A stretch of DNA of 64,000 nucleotides from Eledone cirrhosa (taxonomy: Eukaryota). Location: NCBI GenBank assembly GCA_964016885.1, contig OZ024743.1, positions 64,604,001 to 64,668,000 of the forward strand, read 5' to 3'. Shown here piece after piece: positions 62,401-64,000 of this stretch. The translations under genes were made by a program, and so were the position numbers. The notes beneath the pieces were generated by a model that saw only the letters and a program-made list of their open reading frames with translations, ran no database searches and was not told the DNA's origin. Position 1 is the first letter of the stretch; the number at the start of each line of letters is the position of its first letter.

Positions 62401-63733
62401 TTGGTGTTAGTATTATGGGTTGTGGGTTGGCAGAATTGGTGTTAGTATTATGGGTTGTGGGTTGGCAGAATTGGTGTTAGTATTATGGGTTGTTGATTGG
62501 CAGAATTGGTGGTAGTATTGTGGGTTGGCAGAATTGGTGGTAGTATTGTGCGTTGTGGATTGGCAGAATTGGTGGTAGTATTATGGGTTGTGGGTTGGCA
62601 GAATTGGTGGTAGTATTGTGGGTTGTGTGTTGGCAGAATTGGTGGTAGTATTGTGGGTTGTGGATTGGCAGAATTGGTGGTTGTATTGTGGGTTGTGGAT
62701 TGGCAGAATTGGTGGTAGTATTATGGGTTGTGGGTTGGCAGAATTTTATGGTAGTATTATGGGTTGTGGGTTGGCAGAATTGGTAGTAGTATTATGTGTT
62801 GTGGGTTGGCAGAATTGGTAGTAGTATAATGGGTTGTGGATTGGCAGATTTGGTAGTAGTATTATGGGTTTTGAGTTGCCAGAAATGGTGATAGTATTAT
62901 GGGTTGTGGGTTGGCAGAATTGGTGGTAGTATTGTGGGTTGTGGATTGGCAGAATTAGTGGTAGTATTAAGGGTTGTGGGTTGGCAAAATTGGTGGTAGT
63001 ATTATGGGCTGTGAGTTGGAAGAATTGGTGGTAGTATTATGGGTTGTGGGTTGGCAGAATTGGTGGTAGTATTGTGGGTTGTGGATTGGCAGAATTTGCG
63101 GTAGTATTGTGGGTTGTGGATTGGCAGAATTGGTAGTAGTATTGTGGGTTGTGAATTGGCAGAATTGGTGGTAGTATTATAGGTTGTGGGTTGGCAGAAT
63201 TGGTAGTAGTATAATGGGTTGTGGATTGGCAGAATTGGTGGTAGTATTATGGGTTTTGGGTTGGCAGAATTGGTGGTAGTATTGTGGGTTGTGGATTGGC
63301 AGAACTGGTGTTAGTATTATGGGTTGTGGGTTGGCAGAATTGGTGGTAGTATTATGGGTTGTGGATTGGCAGAATTGGTGGTAGTATTATGGGTTGTGGG
63401 TTGGCAGAATTGGTGTTAGTATTATGGGTTGTGGGTTGGCAGAATTGATAGTAGTATTATGGGTTGTGGATTGGCAGAATTGGTGGTAGTATTATTGGTT
63501 GTGGGTTGTCACAATTGGTGGTAGTATTATGGGTTGTGGGTTGGCAGAATTGGTGTTAGTATTATGGGTTGTGGGTTGGCAGAATTGGTGTTAGTATTAT
63601 GGGTTGTGGGTTGGCAGAATTGGTGTTAGTATTATGGGTTGTTGATTGGCAGAATTGGTGGTAGTATTGTGGGTTGGCAGAATTGGTGGTAGTATTGTGC
63701 GTTGTGGATTGGCAGAATTGGTGGTAGTATTTG
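59436..63733. repeat. 35-bp minisatellite, ~120 units, with a 1149-bp higher-order duplication
   Basis: Unit gtggattggcagaattggtggtagtatt(g/a)tgggtt. Identical ORF-track peptides at 61439 and 62588 give the 1149-bp period. Confidence 0.95.
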
Positions 63734-63826
63734 CTTTACATAAATTTGATATCGATAAACAAGCACCAGTCTAGTATTGGGATTAATTCTTCCTCTATAT
63801 CTCTTTCTCATTTGAACACACTCTCT

Positions 63827-63889
<63 letters not shown>

Positions 63890-64000
63890 TAACAGATTAA
63901 AGTTTAAGCAAAGAATGGCTGCTTTCACCCTTAACGGGATCCTTAACAGCGATTCTTTGCTTAAACTTTAATCTGTTATTTCAATAAATACTTGCTCTAC

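Noticed and set aside
59436-63733. CRISPR-like regular array
   Set aside because: Units are contiguous with no unique spacers, there are no cas genes, and the context is eukaryotic; it is a minisatellite.

Overview
AT-rich, microsatellite-saturated eukaryotic DNA; the repeat repertoire resembles octopus/cephalopod genomes (inference). Only one host coding exon is supported: the bHLH exon of a Hand (HAND2/dHand-like) gene at 1755-2285 (-). Almost all ORF-track entries are translations of simple repeats. The rest is mobile DNA: a degraded R4/Dong-like RLE LINE (~38710-42963), a disrupted Tc1/mariner transposase (50093-51175), piggyBac-type and hAT-type MITEs, Helitron-like elements, two tRNA-like SINE families, RTE/Tx1/CRE fragments and a 4.3-kb 35-bp minisatellite. 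The strongest unexplained signal is in the short unique islands between (TA)n tracts. They fall into several recurring families carrying type-I hammerhead ribozyme folds (CUGANGA...GAAA, palindromic stem III, compensatory changes between copies, plus a repeated CAGAAGA core variant and a CUGAAUGA variant). One family is physically joined to a Penelope-like GIY-YIG endonuclease remnant (55860-57390). These insertions share one two-ended architecture: (TA)n, an inverted segment ending at a family-specific internal site, the direct 3' tail, then (TA)n. All folds and alignments were done by eye; ribozyme activity and novelty are untested.
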